51,621 nucleotides of DNA from Candidatus Heimdallarchaeota archaeon (GCA_048881705.1 JBHLSH010000017.1:1-51621); one strand, 5' to 3'. Shown: positions 1 through 9,866, counted from the stretch's first letter. Numbers and translations are program-made. Notes: generated from the sequence alone by a model not told the origin.

Positions 1-120
1 TGCAACCGCTCTCTTGTCCCCTTGAAGTATTTTATTTACCAGAGACTGCATCAATTAACGTTCCTTGCGTCTCAGGAAAAGATTCGAATAAAAAAGGCAG
101 CATGAGTTTATTTATTGTGC

Positions 121-321
121 CTAAAAGATTTTCTCTATAACGGCGATTAAAATCAGGAGGGCACCAGTGGCAACAATCCCAATTATGCCGAAGAAGCCGA
201 CATTAACGATATTATTGGTTGAAAAAGCATCTAAAGACGCCCAGGCTACAAGGGCCCAAATTATCAGAAGGCCACCGATAAGGAAGTATTCCTTCCACGT
301 CAAGTTATCCAAAAAACCCAC
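121..321 (-). CDS. Small two-TM membrane protein, hypothetical
   Basis: ORF track 121..375. Likely GTG start at 321, preceded by the SD-like GGTGG; two hydrophobic stretches (YFLIGGLLIIWALVAWASL; VGFFGIIGIVATGALLILIAVI). Confidence 0.55.
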   Translation of the reverse strand: MGFLDNLTWKEYFLIGGLLIIWALVAWASLDAFSTNNIVNVGFFGIIGIVATGALLILIAVIEKIF

Positions 322-521
322 ATGTTCCACCTTTTTTGTCTTACAATTATTTGTTGCCTTATTATGCGATAACAAAAGGCCGCTAATTTAAGGTTTTAAA
401 GATTACCTTTCTAGCTTCGACTAAATGAGAGGTCTGGGTCATTCTAAATTCTAACAGATAGAATGACATCAAACGACCTATCAAGTTTAGCTGTATCTAT
501 AGATGAGATTTCTACACGCGT

Positions 522-1340
522 TCAAAGGTTTATCAAATATTCTAATTCAGTTTTTATTTTGGGAGCATTTCTAGCATCCAAATCCAATGTAATAGGGGTT
601 ACGCTCGTGATTTTTTTCGTTAAAACTGCGAAAACGTCAGTATCCTCTGGAACAGTTATGGTGTCTCCCCATATCCAGTAATAGGGAATCCCTCGAGGAT
701 CTTCCCGTTTTATAGTAAAATCTCTATACTTGGTTAATGCCATCTTGCAAATTTCTACTGGAGTGTCAGGAGTAATGGTGGCAGGAAAGTTTACATTTAA
801 AAATGCGACACCTTCTGGAAGCCCTCCTTCTTCTAACACCTTTTCAATGATGGTGCAAGCCGTCTCGGCCGCCACTTCCAATCCGGGAATCGAAGCATTC
901 TCATTGAAGAATAATTCTTCGCTAACATCAATGGAGAAAGCAATGGCGGGAAGACCTAGAAGGGCACTTTCAAAGGCTACTGCACAAGTTCCAGAGGTTA
1001 AAACGGAATGTACTGAACAATTTTCCCCCGCATTAATACCGCTGACAACTAGGTCAAAGGGAGGAAAATTCTGCTCTTGTCGTGCATATGCACCAAAGAT
1101 AACGGCATCAGCTGGCGTTCCCGTCGTTCGCCAACCCGTGCTTCCGCTACGATACGACAAAGATATCTCTTCCACACGAATGGGGATGTCAAATGTTATT
1201 GCCTTGCCTTCCCCTGATCGTTGTAACCTGGGAGCCACAATGGTCACGTCCCAGTTTCGCTTATCCATCGCTATGGCTAACGCACGAATTCCAGGAGCGT
1301 ATATGCCATCATCGTTTGATAGAAGTATATTTGGGCACAT
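522..1340 (-). CDS. surE: 5'/3'-nucleotidase SurE
   Basis: N-terminal ILLSNDDG, plus GTPAD, SGINAGEN and SGT..A motifs; 272 aa. Confidence 0.95.
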   Translation of the reverse strand: MCPNILLSNDDGIYAPGIRALAIAMDKRNWDVTIVAPRLQRSGEGKAITFDIPIRVEEISLSYRSGSTGWRTTGTPADAVIFGAYARQEQNFPPFDLVVSGINAGENCSVHSVLTSGTCAVAFESALLGLPAIAFSIDVSEELFFNENASIPGLEVAAETACTIIEKVLEEGGLPEGVAFLNVNFPATITPDTPVEICKMALTKYRDFTIKREDPRGIPYYWIWGDTITVPEDTDVFAVLTKKITSVTPITLDLDARNAPKIKTELEYLINL

Positions 1341-1691
1341 GGGCTCTCGTATCGTGATTTTTCCTAGGGTGGTTATCTACCTTTGGTACTGGAGTCTTGT
1401 AGGTTCAAACTTATACCTGGTCACACAAGAACGCTTAGTGGTGGGAATGGGGAAAAAATATGGATAAAACTACCGATCAAGTCAAACTATTCTTTTGTAC
1501 CCGATTTTACCTCTATTTTAACATTTTCGCAGATACAGGATCGAGATCAAGGAAAATTCGAACCACCAATAGAGAAACTTGGGTTTCCTTGGTATTTCAA
1601 AAAGCGAGTTGCAAAGCTGCAGATATAGTAATACATATAAAGCTTGTATTGCATGTCAAACATGATTGTCAAAGCTTAACACCTTAATGGA

Positions 1692-2228
1692 TTGATGACC
1701 ATGTCCTATGAAGATTACGAACCAGATCAGACTGAAGATGGAAGGGTTCTGAAAAATGTTACGATTAGAGGAGTCGACTCGGATGTTTATGAAACCTTCT
1801 CTAATAAAATTAAAATGCTTGATATGACCATAGGCGATGCAATAACAAAAATGATGCGAGATATTGTAGTTAACCTTGATGAAACCTTCACTGACCCTGA
1901 TCTTAAATCCCCTTTGTCTTCCAGAACGCTCATCGGTTTAGAGAAAGTTGCCGTTTCACATCATAAAAAGCTAGAAATAAACGCAAAGGATTTAGTAGAT
2001 GCCAACTCCCAGATTTCCTTTGCACATATTGGTTCGTTAAAAATTGGTCCTGATGTAACAAAAAACCTATTTATGAGATACATTCGCAATATTAGTCATT
2101 GTAAAGAGGTACAACTTCCAGGAATTCTACCCAAGCTTCTCCTATTGTCTAAAATAAGTTTTTGTGGTAATATTGAAATGTATGAGGTAGGTTCAACTGA
2201 ATTACGAGATAATGACAACCTAGATTAA
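1692..2228 (+). CDS. Hypothetical protein: RHH-like N-domain plus short solenoid C-domain (paralog A)
   Basis: NVTIRGVDSDVYETF...IGDAITKMM fits a ribbon-helix-helix pattern; aligns colinearly with the next ORF. Confidence 0.7.
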   Translation: MMTMSYEDYEPDQTEDGRVLKNVTIRGVDSDVYETFSNKIKMLDMTIGDAITKMMRDIVVNLDETFTDPDLKSPLSSRTLIGLEKVAVSHHKKLEINAKDLVDANSQISFAHIGSLKIGPDVTKNLFMRYIRNISHCKEVQLPGILPKLLLLSKISFCGNIEMYEVGSTELRDNDNLD

Positions 2229-2239
2229 CTTGTATTGAG

Positions 2240-2998
2240 ATGGAAACCGTGATTTCTAATTCCAGGGTTTTGAACGCCTCTCAGATACAGTCTGCGCTTG
2301 TTTCTGACATTGAACAATATAGAAAAAAAATGATCTTGGATGAGATGGTCCAAAAGGATATGGAAGTTCTGATTGACAAGCTCCTACTTGAACGGGAAAT
2401 TCTAATGACTGATTTGGCAGATTTAAAGGAAATTCTACCCCAATTCGATCGGAATGCTACTCACGATTTCGGAAACCTGAACCTACTCCTATCTTCAATC
2501 GATGAAAAAACGTACAATGATTTTTTTAATTTATCCAATAAACTCCAGATGGCCCCTGGGAAAGTCCTTTCTTCTCTCATGAAAGATTTTATAGACTCAA
2601 GTCGTGAAGGAGAATTACAGGATTTTTCTACCAGGAACTTGGAAAATTTGATTCAACAAACGAGACCTCGACTTGCAATAAGCAACCAAGAAGAGATTTC
2701 TGTTTCCCGGCAAGATCTAATCGATTTAAAAATGAGAATCGATTTTAAGAACATTAAAACAATGAATTTTGAGTCCGATGTGGATTTAGAAACATTTAAT
2801 GCTTTTGTAGGCAGTATCAGCAATTGTAACCTTGTTAGAATTCCAAATAGTATTCCTATATTGATCATATGGAGTAAGAGCCGGAATTGCTCCTATTATC
2901 AAGTGTATGATTCTGGGTCCGAAGAAAAAAAAGCAGTGAGCTACGCCATGGAAGCGAATGAAGTGGTAGAAGAATGGAAGAAGAATTTAAAGGACTAG
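2240..2998 (+). CDS. Hypothetical protein, paralog B, with an extra N-terminal helical region
   Basis: 11 bp after the previous ORF; two ungapped blocks align with it by eye. Confidence 0.7.
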   Translation: METVISNSRVLNASQIQSALVSDIEQYRKKMILDEMVQKDMEVLIDKLLLEREILMTDLADLKEILPQFDRNATHDFGNLNLLLSSIDEKTYNDFFNLSNKLQMAPGKVLSSLMKDFIDSSREGELQDFSTRNLENLIQQTRPRLAISNQEEISVSRQDLIDLKMRIDFKNIKTMNFESDVDLETFNAFVGSISNCNLVRIPNSIPILIIWSKSRNCSYYQVYDSGSEEKKAVSYAMEANEVVEEWKKNLKD

Positions 2999-3042
2999 GG
3001 AGTGAAGTTAAACATTATAGGGAGAACCTAGAAAACTGATAA

Positions 3043-3318
3043 TTGAGAATTTTGGATCGCAATAGCGCCCTATATCAATTAGCTGTGATGTTCGTTTCCC
3101 TAATAACATTCCTGTTTGTATTGTTCGTTTTACCGAATCTTCCTCCCCACTTTATTATCCCAATTCTTACAGGTATGATAATACTGATGGGAATTAGCTT
3201 TGTGATTCGTTATCGGAGGATGAAAGGACAAATTCCTCAAAAAGAGGATTTGGATCACTCCTCTTCTACAAAACGCTATATAGAGCAGATTGATGCTCTC
3301 ATGAGTGATAAAAAGTAA
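3043..3318 (+). CDS. Small two-TM membrane protein, hypothetical
   Basis: Two hydrophobic helices followed by a basic YRRMK and a short soluble tail; same strand as the upstream pair. Confidence 0.6.
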   Translation: MRILDRNSALYQLAVMFVSLITFLFVLFVLPNLPPHFIIPILTGMIILMGISFVIRYRRMKGQIPQKEDLDHSSSTKRYIEQIDALMSDKK

Positions 3319-3341
3319 TTAATTGTTTATAAATCGAACAA

Positions 3342-6152
3342 TCACTCCGTAACCCTACATAGCTTGATTTCAAATGGGTCAAAATCAATGTTTATCGAGG
3401 TTCCTTCTGACTCATACCTTGATCTAACTTTTCCATAAATGCTGAGAACTTCTAAATGATGTAAATTTGACGCAATCGTAACCTTGGCATTTGTAGATTC
3501 GCCACTTAGGTTGTAGATCGTCACATATAAGGCCTCTTGTCGAACACGAAGTGAACTGATTCGAATATTAGGATGATCAATTTCAATTAAAGGTTGAGTT
3601 AATTTCTCTCCTCCGAGGGGTGTATTAAGCTTTTTAGACTTTGTAGGGAGGGAAAACATTTCAGCATGGTCTGCACTTTTTGAAATCGGCTCACTCTTGG
3701 AATGAAAAAATAAACTATATTCAAAATGAAACTCTGTACCAAGTTCCTGAGCTCCTGGAGTTGGAATATACGGCCCAGCATGGTTTGGACGTTCAGGAAA
3801 ATCAGAACGAGATAGCCATCCAATTGAACGGATCAATGTGAGCGCAAGTCTGGTTCCCGCCTCAAGTTCGACTTCTGGCAATCCTTTGTTTATCAACGTT
3901 AATGCAGCCTCAGAATCATCATCTTCAACCCGGATGAACCTTTTTTGTGGTTGTATACCTGAGGGTTGCTCCATAAACTGTTCTAGTTTTTCAGGATCGC
4001 TTCTACGCTTTATATATCCGAAATGAGTGCTTGTTATGGTTCTGTTTGTTTTGAAAGGCAGATCAAAGCAAACACGTAATCGATGATCCTTGGAAATGTT
4101 CCTTATGGTCGTTTTGATGTCAATACGAGGGATATCTCTATATATCCTGAGGTGTGTGATGACTGGTAGACGGACTTTGCCAGTCCTTGAATCCCGAGAG
4201 TCATTTACTTCCATATAGATTTCTAGATCAAGATTCTGTCTGAGTTCCACCATAAGAGGCCCAGATACAAGGAGTGTTCGTTTGGCATTCATTGGCCGAG
4301 CATATTCAGGTGCCAGACGACCAAAGGTATATTCATCACCGCGATCTCCCCAATCTTCAAACACATGCAGATTCTCATAAATGGCATTAGTGGCGTGATC
4401 TAGAACATCAAATGTTCCTCTTTTTTGGAATTTTAGGGTAAAAAACGAATTGCTGATCTTATCTTTTCCCGCAAAAAGTTCTACATTTTGGCTTTGTGGG
4501 AGAACCAAAGAAGGATAGATTTCTGTAAACCCCCATGCCTTAAGTGGTAGAGTTACTAAATAAGATGTCTGGCGTTCCTTGGATACCAGAATATGAAAAA
4601 AATCGTATTCTTTTGAATCCAGAAGTTTTTGGGCATGTGTCTTCAATTTTTTTGGATCTAAATCACCAATTGGCGAATTACCGACTATAATACGAATTTC
4701 ACAGACCTGTGGGTCTTCTCCTTTATAATACCTTATATCATTAACATAATAATTCAGTATCTTTCTACCGGGCAACATCTGGAGTAGGGCTCGGAAGCGC
4801 CAGACCCCCACAGACATTTCCCAAACTATATCTGATTGCTGGCGAACTTCCTGAGTTGAAAATACTTCTCCCTTATCAGTTTCAACTGCAGTCAACAGTT
4901 CTTCGCCTGTTGTAGAGACGTAAACGGGAACAGGGATATAGTCACAGTTCGAAGGATTAAAGATTAGCCAACTAGCTTGAACTTCTGTAGAATAGGATTG
5001 TTTCTCCACAGCATCCATGGCCTCTTCAACGATAGTTTTGGCAAGCGATTCAGCCCAATAAAACCTGGTCCTCATTTCTTCATGGATTTGATCCACGGAA
5101 CATCCGCAAATCGAATCGTGAGGCTGATTCCTTAGGTGCCACTTCCATGCTTCTTTGAGAAATCCCGCTGGATATTCTCTCTTAAAATAATACCACAGGT
5201 ACGCGCTTAAGGGCTCTGCATAATGAACTAAATGGTCTTCAATCCGCTGGTTCCAAATTTTAATCCAAATTCTGGTGGAATAGGTATCCTGAAGTAGATT
5301 CGCTCTTGCAGAGGAACGAAATTCTCCTGTATACTGAGGAACTTCATACCCAGAGCTAGTGATTTGGCGCTGGAGCTCTGCCATAAAATGATCCAAAGTA
5401 GCGACCTTTAACTCGTAACCTGGTATGGCCTGATCTTGGATTGCTTTCACAATATATGCTCTAGGAAATTGGTGGTCAGTTCCATGTTGGAGGAGATACA
5501 CAGGAAGCGGAGAAAATGGTTCAAGCTGATTCACGTTATCAATGATTTCTTTTTCTAGAAAATGAGCATCTTCTGATAATCCCGCCGCATTACCATAACC
5601 AAATGGTAAATAGACTGCCAAAATGGATTTTTTCGCGGATAGGTCGCTTTTCCAATAGAAGGGTACAGTGGTTATTTCAGGCGGAACCCCACGCCAAACT
5701 ATCGCAGAATCGAAATCGGTTAAATCTCCAATAATTTGAGGGATTGTTTTAGAATGCCCAAACATGTCAGGTAGATACGCAATGGACATCAAAGGAATGT
5801 CCAAAGAGGAAGCTAAATCGAAACTATACTCTAGGTTACGTATTAAACTCTCTTCTCCCGCCAACCAAATATCTGGCAACACGTACCAGGGCCCAACTTG
5901 AATTCTAGATGTTTTAATATGCGAAACTAATCGTTCCTGATTTCCAGGCCGTATATCAAAATAATCCTCAAGGATAATTGTTTGACCGTCTAGAGTAAAA
6001 CAGTATGATTCTGAATCTAGGATATCTAACAGGGTATCAATAAGATTAACCAGCTTGAATCGGAACTCTTGAAAAGGTAGGTACCATTCTCGATCCCAAT
6101 GCGTATGAGGTACAATAAATACTTGCTTCACATCTGAGGATCTATCGGACAC
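3342..6152 (-). CDS. GH38 alpha-mannosidase (MngB-like)
   Basis: HTHWDREWY zinc motif, LDGQ, VGPWYV, YLPDMFGH nucleophile, HDSICGCS, GDEY; 936 aa. Confidence 0.93.
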   Translation of the reverse strand: MSDRSSDVKQVFIVPHTHWDREWYLPFQEFRFKLVNLIDTLLDILDSESYCFTLDGQTIILEDYFDIRPGNQERLVSHIKTSRIQVGPWYVLPDIWLAGEESLIRNLEYSFDLASSLDIPLMSIAYLPDMFGHSKTIPQIIGDLTDFDSAIVWRGVPPEITTVPFYWKSDLSAKKSILAVYLPFGYGNAAGLSEDAHFLEKEIIDNVNQLEPFSPLPVYLLQHGTDHQFPRAYIVKAIQDQAIPGYELKVATLDHFMAELQRQITSSGYEVPQYTGEFRSSARANLLQDTYSTRIWIKIWNQRIEDHLVHYAEPLSAYLWYYFKREYPAGFLKEAWKWHLRNQPHDSICGCSVDQIHEEMRTRFYWAESLAKTIVEEAMDAVEKQSYSTEVQASWLIFNPSNCDYIPVPVYVSTTGEELLTAVETDKGEVFSTQEVRQQSDIVWEMSVGVWRFRALLQMLPGRKILNYYVNDIRYYKGEDPQVCEIRIIVGNSPIGDLDPKKLKTHAQKLLDSKEYDFFHILVSKERQTSYLVTLPLKAWGFTEIYPSLVLPQSQNVELFAGKDKISNSFFTLKFQKRGTFDVLDHATNAIYENLHVFEDWGDRGDEYTFGRLAPEYARPMNAKRTLLVSGPLMVELRQNLDLEIYMEVNDSRDSRTGKVRLPVITHLRIYRDIPRIDIKTTIRNISKDHRLRVCFDLPFKTNRTITSTHFGYIKRRSDPEKLEQFMEQPSGIQPQKRFIRVEDDDSEAALTLINKGLPEVELEAGTRLALTLIRSIGWLSRSDFPERPNHAGPYIPTPGAQELGTEFHFEYSLFFHSKSEPISKSADHAEMFSLPTKSKKLNTPLGGEKLTQPLIEIDHPNIRISSLRVRQEALYVTIYNLSGESTNAKVTIASNLHHLEVLSIYGKVRSRYESEGTSINIDFDPFEIKLCRVTE

Positions 6153-6436
6153 GGGGAAACGACTCCTTGATGTTCTTTGGGATCTATTCGTTAAACCCTT
6201 TTATCGGATTCTCGTTTAAATTATCAAATTGCCTCTTAGAAAGGTATGAGTAGCCTTTTTTCCGTGATTCTTTAATGGGAACTGCTTCCTTCGGACTTAC
6301 ATATAAAAGCCTTATTTGTGCGAATATGACCGATTTTCCTTACATGTCCGCTGGCAAGCCGTTTTACTCCGATGGTTTCCCTCTATATTTTGGCCCTTAT
6401 AATTTATGCCTAAATAACTGTATAAGTCAGACCCGA

Positions 6437-7357
6437 TCACTCATTTTTTGCCATGAATTCAATTAGAGTCCTTTTTTTTGGAAATGATACAGATTTCGCT
6501 CTATCGGCGGCTTCTTCCACAAAAGATCTGTTTAAATCACAACCGATGAATTTTCTTTGGGTTTCAAGGCAAACATCCATCATCGTTCCAGATCCTAAAA
6601 AAGGATCGAACACAGTATCGCCCGGCTCAGTCGTTGCCAATAATAACCTTTTGACAATTTTACTTGGAAATGTGGCTGTATGGCCCCTTTTAGGTTCGGG
6701 AGCAAATATCCATACTTGATCATCCATTCGTAATCGGCCCGATTTTCCAGGAACCATCATTGGCTCTGGATCAAACTTATATTTTCCCTTCTTAGTAAAG
6801 TGGAGAATGTATTCAGAACTTTGCCTAACGCGATCCTTTACATTTTCGGGCATCGGATTTGGTTTTTCCCAAATTATTAATTCACGCCAGATATACCGTT
6901 GCATTACCAGATCAACCGCAATTCTGAACGGGATACCACATAAAGACTTATTACGGATGATCTTATGTCGTGCTGTAACCGAACTGGTATTTCCTTGTTT
7001 TCTTGAATCAAGTCCATCCCGTCGAAATTCGGGAAATAAATTGTTCTCCCAATAATTATGATGCGATCTAGAGATTCCGCTGCCCATGTAACTATCTTGC
7101 ATAATGAAGAAAAGGGATCCATCCTCACGGAGTTTGTCAAGTATTGCTGAATAAATGTCTACATTACGCTGAATATATTTTTCTAGACTTTCACTCCCGA
7201 ATTCACGCTGGTCGGAAGAAAACGATCTCTTGCCCCAATAAGTGGGACTCGTGATACAACACTGAACAAGATTCTCCGGTATTAAATCCATACATTCGAA
7301 GGCATCTCCCGAATATAATTTTATGTGGTCGCTATCATAAAACAGTTCCGGGGCCAT
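6437..7357 (-). CDS. Beta-class N4-C/N6-A DNA methyltransferase, orphan
   Basis: TSPTY (motif IV variant) precedes IIWEKPNPMP, H.ATFP and DPFLGSGT (motif I), which is beta order. Probable ATG at 7357; ORF track starts at 7450. Confidence 0.9.
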   Translation of the reverse strand: MAPELFYDSDHIKLYSGDAFECMDLIPENLVQCCITSPTYWGKRSFSSDQREFGSESLEKYIQRNVDIYSAILDKLREDGSLFFIMQDSYMGSGISRSHHNYWENNLFPEFRRDGLDSRKQGNTSSVTARHKIIRNKSLCGIPFRIAVDLVMQRYIWRELIIWEKPNPMPENVKDRVRQSSEYILHFTKKGKYKFDPEPMMVPGKSGRLRMDDQVWIFAPEPKRGHTATFPSKIVKRLLLATTEPGDTVFDPFLGSGTMMDVCLETQRKFIGCDLNRSFVEEAADRAKSVSFPKKRTLIEFMAKNE

Positions 7358-7483
7358 ATTGAAACAGAAAAGCTGTTGATTGAAAAGGATTGTCCTTGGG
7401 AATGGTAGACAGTTTGGTGATGCAGACGACTGGGGCGAAAATATGCGCATATGCGGTTAGCGTAATGGATGTGACTGGAGAGA

Positions 7484-8557
7484 CTAAACGACCCTTACAA
7501 TCCAACCGTACGGATCATCAATTAAACCATATTGTATTCCTATAACCTTATCATGCAGTTGTTCTGAGACCGGGCCTACTTGCATATCGTTTACAATAAA
7601 ATCCTTACCAGAATAATGAAGACAGCCCACTGGGGCTATCGAAGCTGCGGTACCACTACCAAAAACCTCAGTAAGTCTTCCATTTAACGTGCCCTCTGTA
7701 ATAGTCTTGATAGATAGCGCTTCCTCTTGTACTGTATAACCCAAATCTCGAGCAAGTTGGATTGTACTTTCTCTGGTAACCCCAGGCAATACAGTGCCAG
7801 AAGATAAAGGAGCTGTATAGATTACATCTTCGTATACAAAAAATATGTTCATAGCTCCCACTTCTTCCACGTATTCCTTGTGAATAGCATCCAACCAAAG
7901 GACTTGGCTGTATCCTTTACGAGTTGCTTCTTCCCCAACCAAAAGACTAGCGGCATAATTTCCTCCTGTTTTTGCGGTTCCGGTACCTCCTGGAGCGGCT
8001 CTGATATAATGTTCAGAAACAAATATTTTAATAGGTGTGAATCCCTCTGGAAAATAGGCTCCGGAAGGGGAGAGTATGATGTAGAAAGTATATTCATTTG
8101 AAGGTCTTACGCCAAGTCCCCGTTCCGTTCCTATCATGGTAGGACGTATGTACAGGGATGAACCGATTTTTTTGGGGGCCCAATCTTTTTCTAGTCTGAT
8201 CAGTTCCTTTAATCCTTCGAGATAGGTATCCGGCTCGACCTCGGGCATCATCATCCTCCGAGCAGAATTATTAAAGCGTTTGACATTCTTCTCGGGTCTG
8301 AAAAGGTTAATGTGGCCATCAGGAGTTCTATAAGCTTTCTGGCCTTCGAAAATTGTCTGACCATAATGTAGACATATGGCAGAAGGATCAAGATTGATTG
8401 GACCATACTTACGAATCTCAGGGGCAGTCCATCTTTCATTTTCATATCTCATGTAAAACATCCGGTCTGTAAACACACGACCGAAACCTAACTGGTCTTC
8501 CGAATCAAATTTCACTTTCAATTCTGATTCGGGAATGGAAGAAATAGTAATAGTCAC
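7484..8557 (-). CDS. ilvE: Branched-chain amino acid aminotransferase
   Basis: LHYGQTIFEGQKAY, LFRP, LYIRP, AKTGGNYAAS (PLP lysine), EEVGAMN, LPGVTR, GTAA. Confidence 0.95.
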   Translation of the reverse strand: MTITISSIPESELKVKFDSEDQLGFGRVFTDRMFYMRYENERWTAPEIRKYGPINLDPSAICLHYGQTIFEGQKAYRTPDGHINLFRPEKNVKRFNNSARRMMMPEVEPDTYLEGLKELIRLEKDWAPKKIGSSLYIRPTMIGTERGLGVRPSNEYTFYIILSPSGAYFPEGFTPIKIFVSEHYIRAAPGGTGTAKTGGNYAASLLVGEEATRKGYSQVLWLDAIHKEYVEEVGAMNIFFVYEDVIYTAPLSSGTVLPGVTRESTIQLARDLGYTVQEEALSIKTITEGTLNGRLTEVFGSGTAASIAPVGCLHYSGKDFIVNDMQVGPVSEQLHDKVIGIQYGLIDDPYGWIVRVV

Positions 8558-8771
8558 ATTTTGTCCCTTCTAGAGTGTTGAAATGGAGAATGGGGAACCG
8601 AAAACTAGATTCGTGCCGAAAACTCGAATGATTTGATCGAATTAAGGAGCAAATCATCAGGAGTTCTTTATTGTTCCTAATATAAAAATCTTAGATTGAT
8701 AATCCAATAGAATTCTTCAATTATCTGAAGTTCTAGACGTGTTAAACAGAAATCCTAGGAGGATTCCCAGT

Positions 8772-9866
8772 TTATTCTTTATCATAAAAGGTGATTGATT
8801 TTCTTGATAGTTTTGCGTTTGTTAGGATATCAGTTTGATCAATAAAATGGTCAACAGACCCTAGTGGATACTCTAGACTGGCAAGAGGCTCCTTGATCGT
8901 TGTCTTAATTTCATTGCATACTTTTTCTGCGTTTATTACGATTTGATCCCTATTATGATACGAAACTGGTTTAATGCTTAATTTCGGAACTATTTTCAAT
9001 TCCATCATTTTTTTTATCAAGATCAAATATGCCCGGCATAGCAAATTTTCCCTTTGTCTCCAGGAGTCTTCTTTCGTTATGCTTAAAAGCACGGAATATA
9101 AATCTCGAGCTATCGAGAGTCTAGAAAACCCTGTTCCAAACCATTTAGGATAAGGTGTATATTTCTTTGATAAAATATATCCGATCCGCATTATATACCG
9201 AACTAGTCTTCCTGCTTCAAGCATGGAGCCTAATTCATCCCCACACATAGCTGATCTCCCCACAAATGCGATTTCCTGTCCAATATGTTCCCAATCTGCT
9301 AAGAGCTTAAATCGCCATACATTTTCCGGAAAATAAGCCATCCTTGCACGTACTGGCTCCAGTTTTCCTAGTGTATTGTGAAAAACCTTTCCAGACGTAA
9401 ATTCCAAGAGCCGCTGTTCTGATAGCGTAAGCCATTCGTATTGGGAAATTTTCATTTTACTAACTCCCAAAAATTCTCTCAGATACGATCGTACTGTAAA
9501 TAATTCCACTCTGTGATTAATAGGCCTGGTACTTTCTTGTACCAAAAACTGATTCATCGAATCATTAGGATCAGGTTCTGACCAGTTGGTGGAATACCCC
9601 GAAAACGTATAAGGAAGCTTTTGCCCCAAGAGGTCCTTAATTGCGGGGCCATCTTTTAAAAGATCTTCTTCTGTTAAAAAAAGAATCGCCCGGGGGCCCC
9701 AGTGATGATCAGTAGAGACTTCGTCGTCATAACCCAAAACTTCCGAGCCAGGACCAAGAAGCGCTGCATCGAACTTCAAGAGAGGAAAATTTGTTTGAAT
9801 AAGTGGAAGTACCACATGGGAAAAGAATCGTTGCGCAAGCAAAAGGCCAGGTATAAATTCACTCAT
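8772..9866 (-). CDS. DUF4037 family protein (nucleotidyltransferase-like)
   Basis: GPGSEVLGYDDEVSTDH.WGPR, T.G.VF, GDELGS and PY.KW motifs. Confidence 0.8.
   Translation of the reverse strand: MSEFIPGLLLAQRFFSHVVLPLIQTNFPLLKFDAALLGPGSEVLGYDDEVSTDHHWGPRAILFLTEEDLLKDGPAIKDLLGQKLPYTFSGYSTNWSEPDPNDSMNQFLVQESTRPINHRVELFTVRSYLREFLGVSKMKISQYEWLTLSEQRLLEFTSGKVFHNTLGKLEPVRARMAYFPENVWRFKLLADWEHIGQEIAFVGRSAMCGDELGSMLEAGRLVRYIMRIGYILSKKYTPYPKWFGTGFSRLSIARDLYSVLLSITKEDSWRQRENLLCRAYLILIKKMMELKIVPKLSIKPVSYHNRDQIVINAEKVCNEIKTTIKEPLASLEYPLGSVDHFIDQTDILTNAKLSRKSITFYDKE

Noticed and set aside
3-140. Open frame on + from the window edge to TAA at 140
   Set aside because: No recognisable motif and it overlaps the stop of the minus-strand gene; cannot be supported without upstream sequence.
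730-1467. 245-aa + strand ORF and the many other antisense or nested ORFs in the track
   Set aside because: They are shadows of well-supported genes on the opposite strand or frame and have no family motifs.
1540-1593. GGTTCGAAT (minus strand) resembling a tRNA T-loop, plus a small hairpin at 1565-1593
   Set aside because: The T-stem does not pair and no acceptor, D or anticodon arms can be built; the hairpin alone is too weak to call an ncRNA.
7358-7450. N-terminal extension of the beta MTase in the ORF track
   Set aside because: Non-homologous low-information sequence; ATG at 7357 fits the domain start. The same applies to the M50 extension 37928-38044 and 48037-48063.
8772-9866. DUF4037 next to the Dam-like MTase as a cognate nuclease or toxin
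   Set aside because: Motifs fit a nucleotidyltransferase-like family, it is divergently transcribed, and no PD-(D/E)xK, HNH or GIY-YIG motif is seen.
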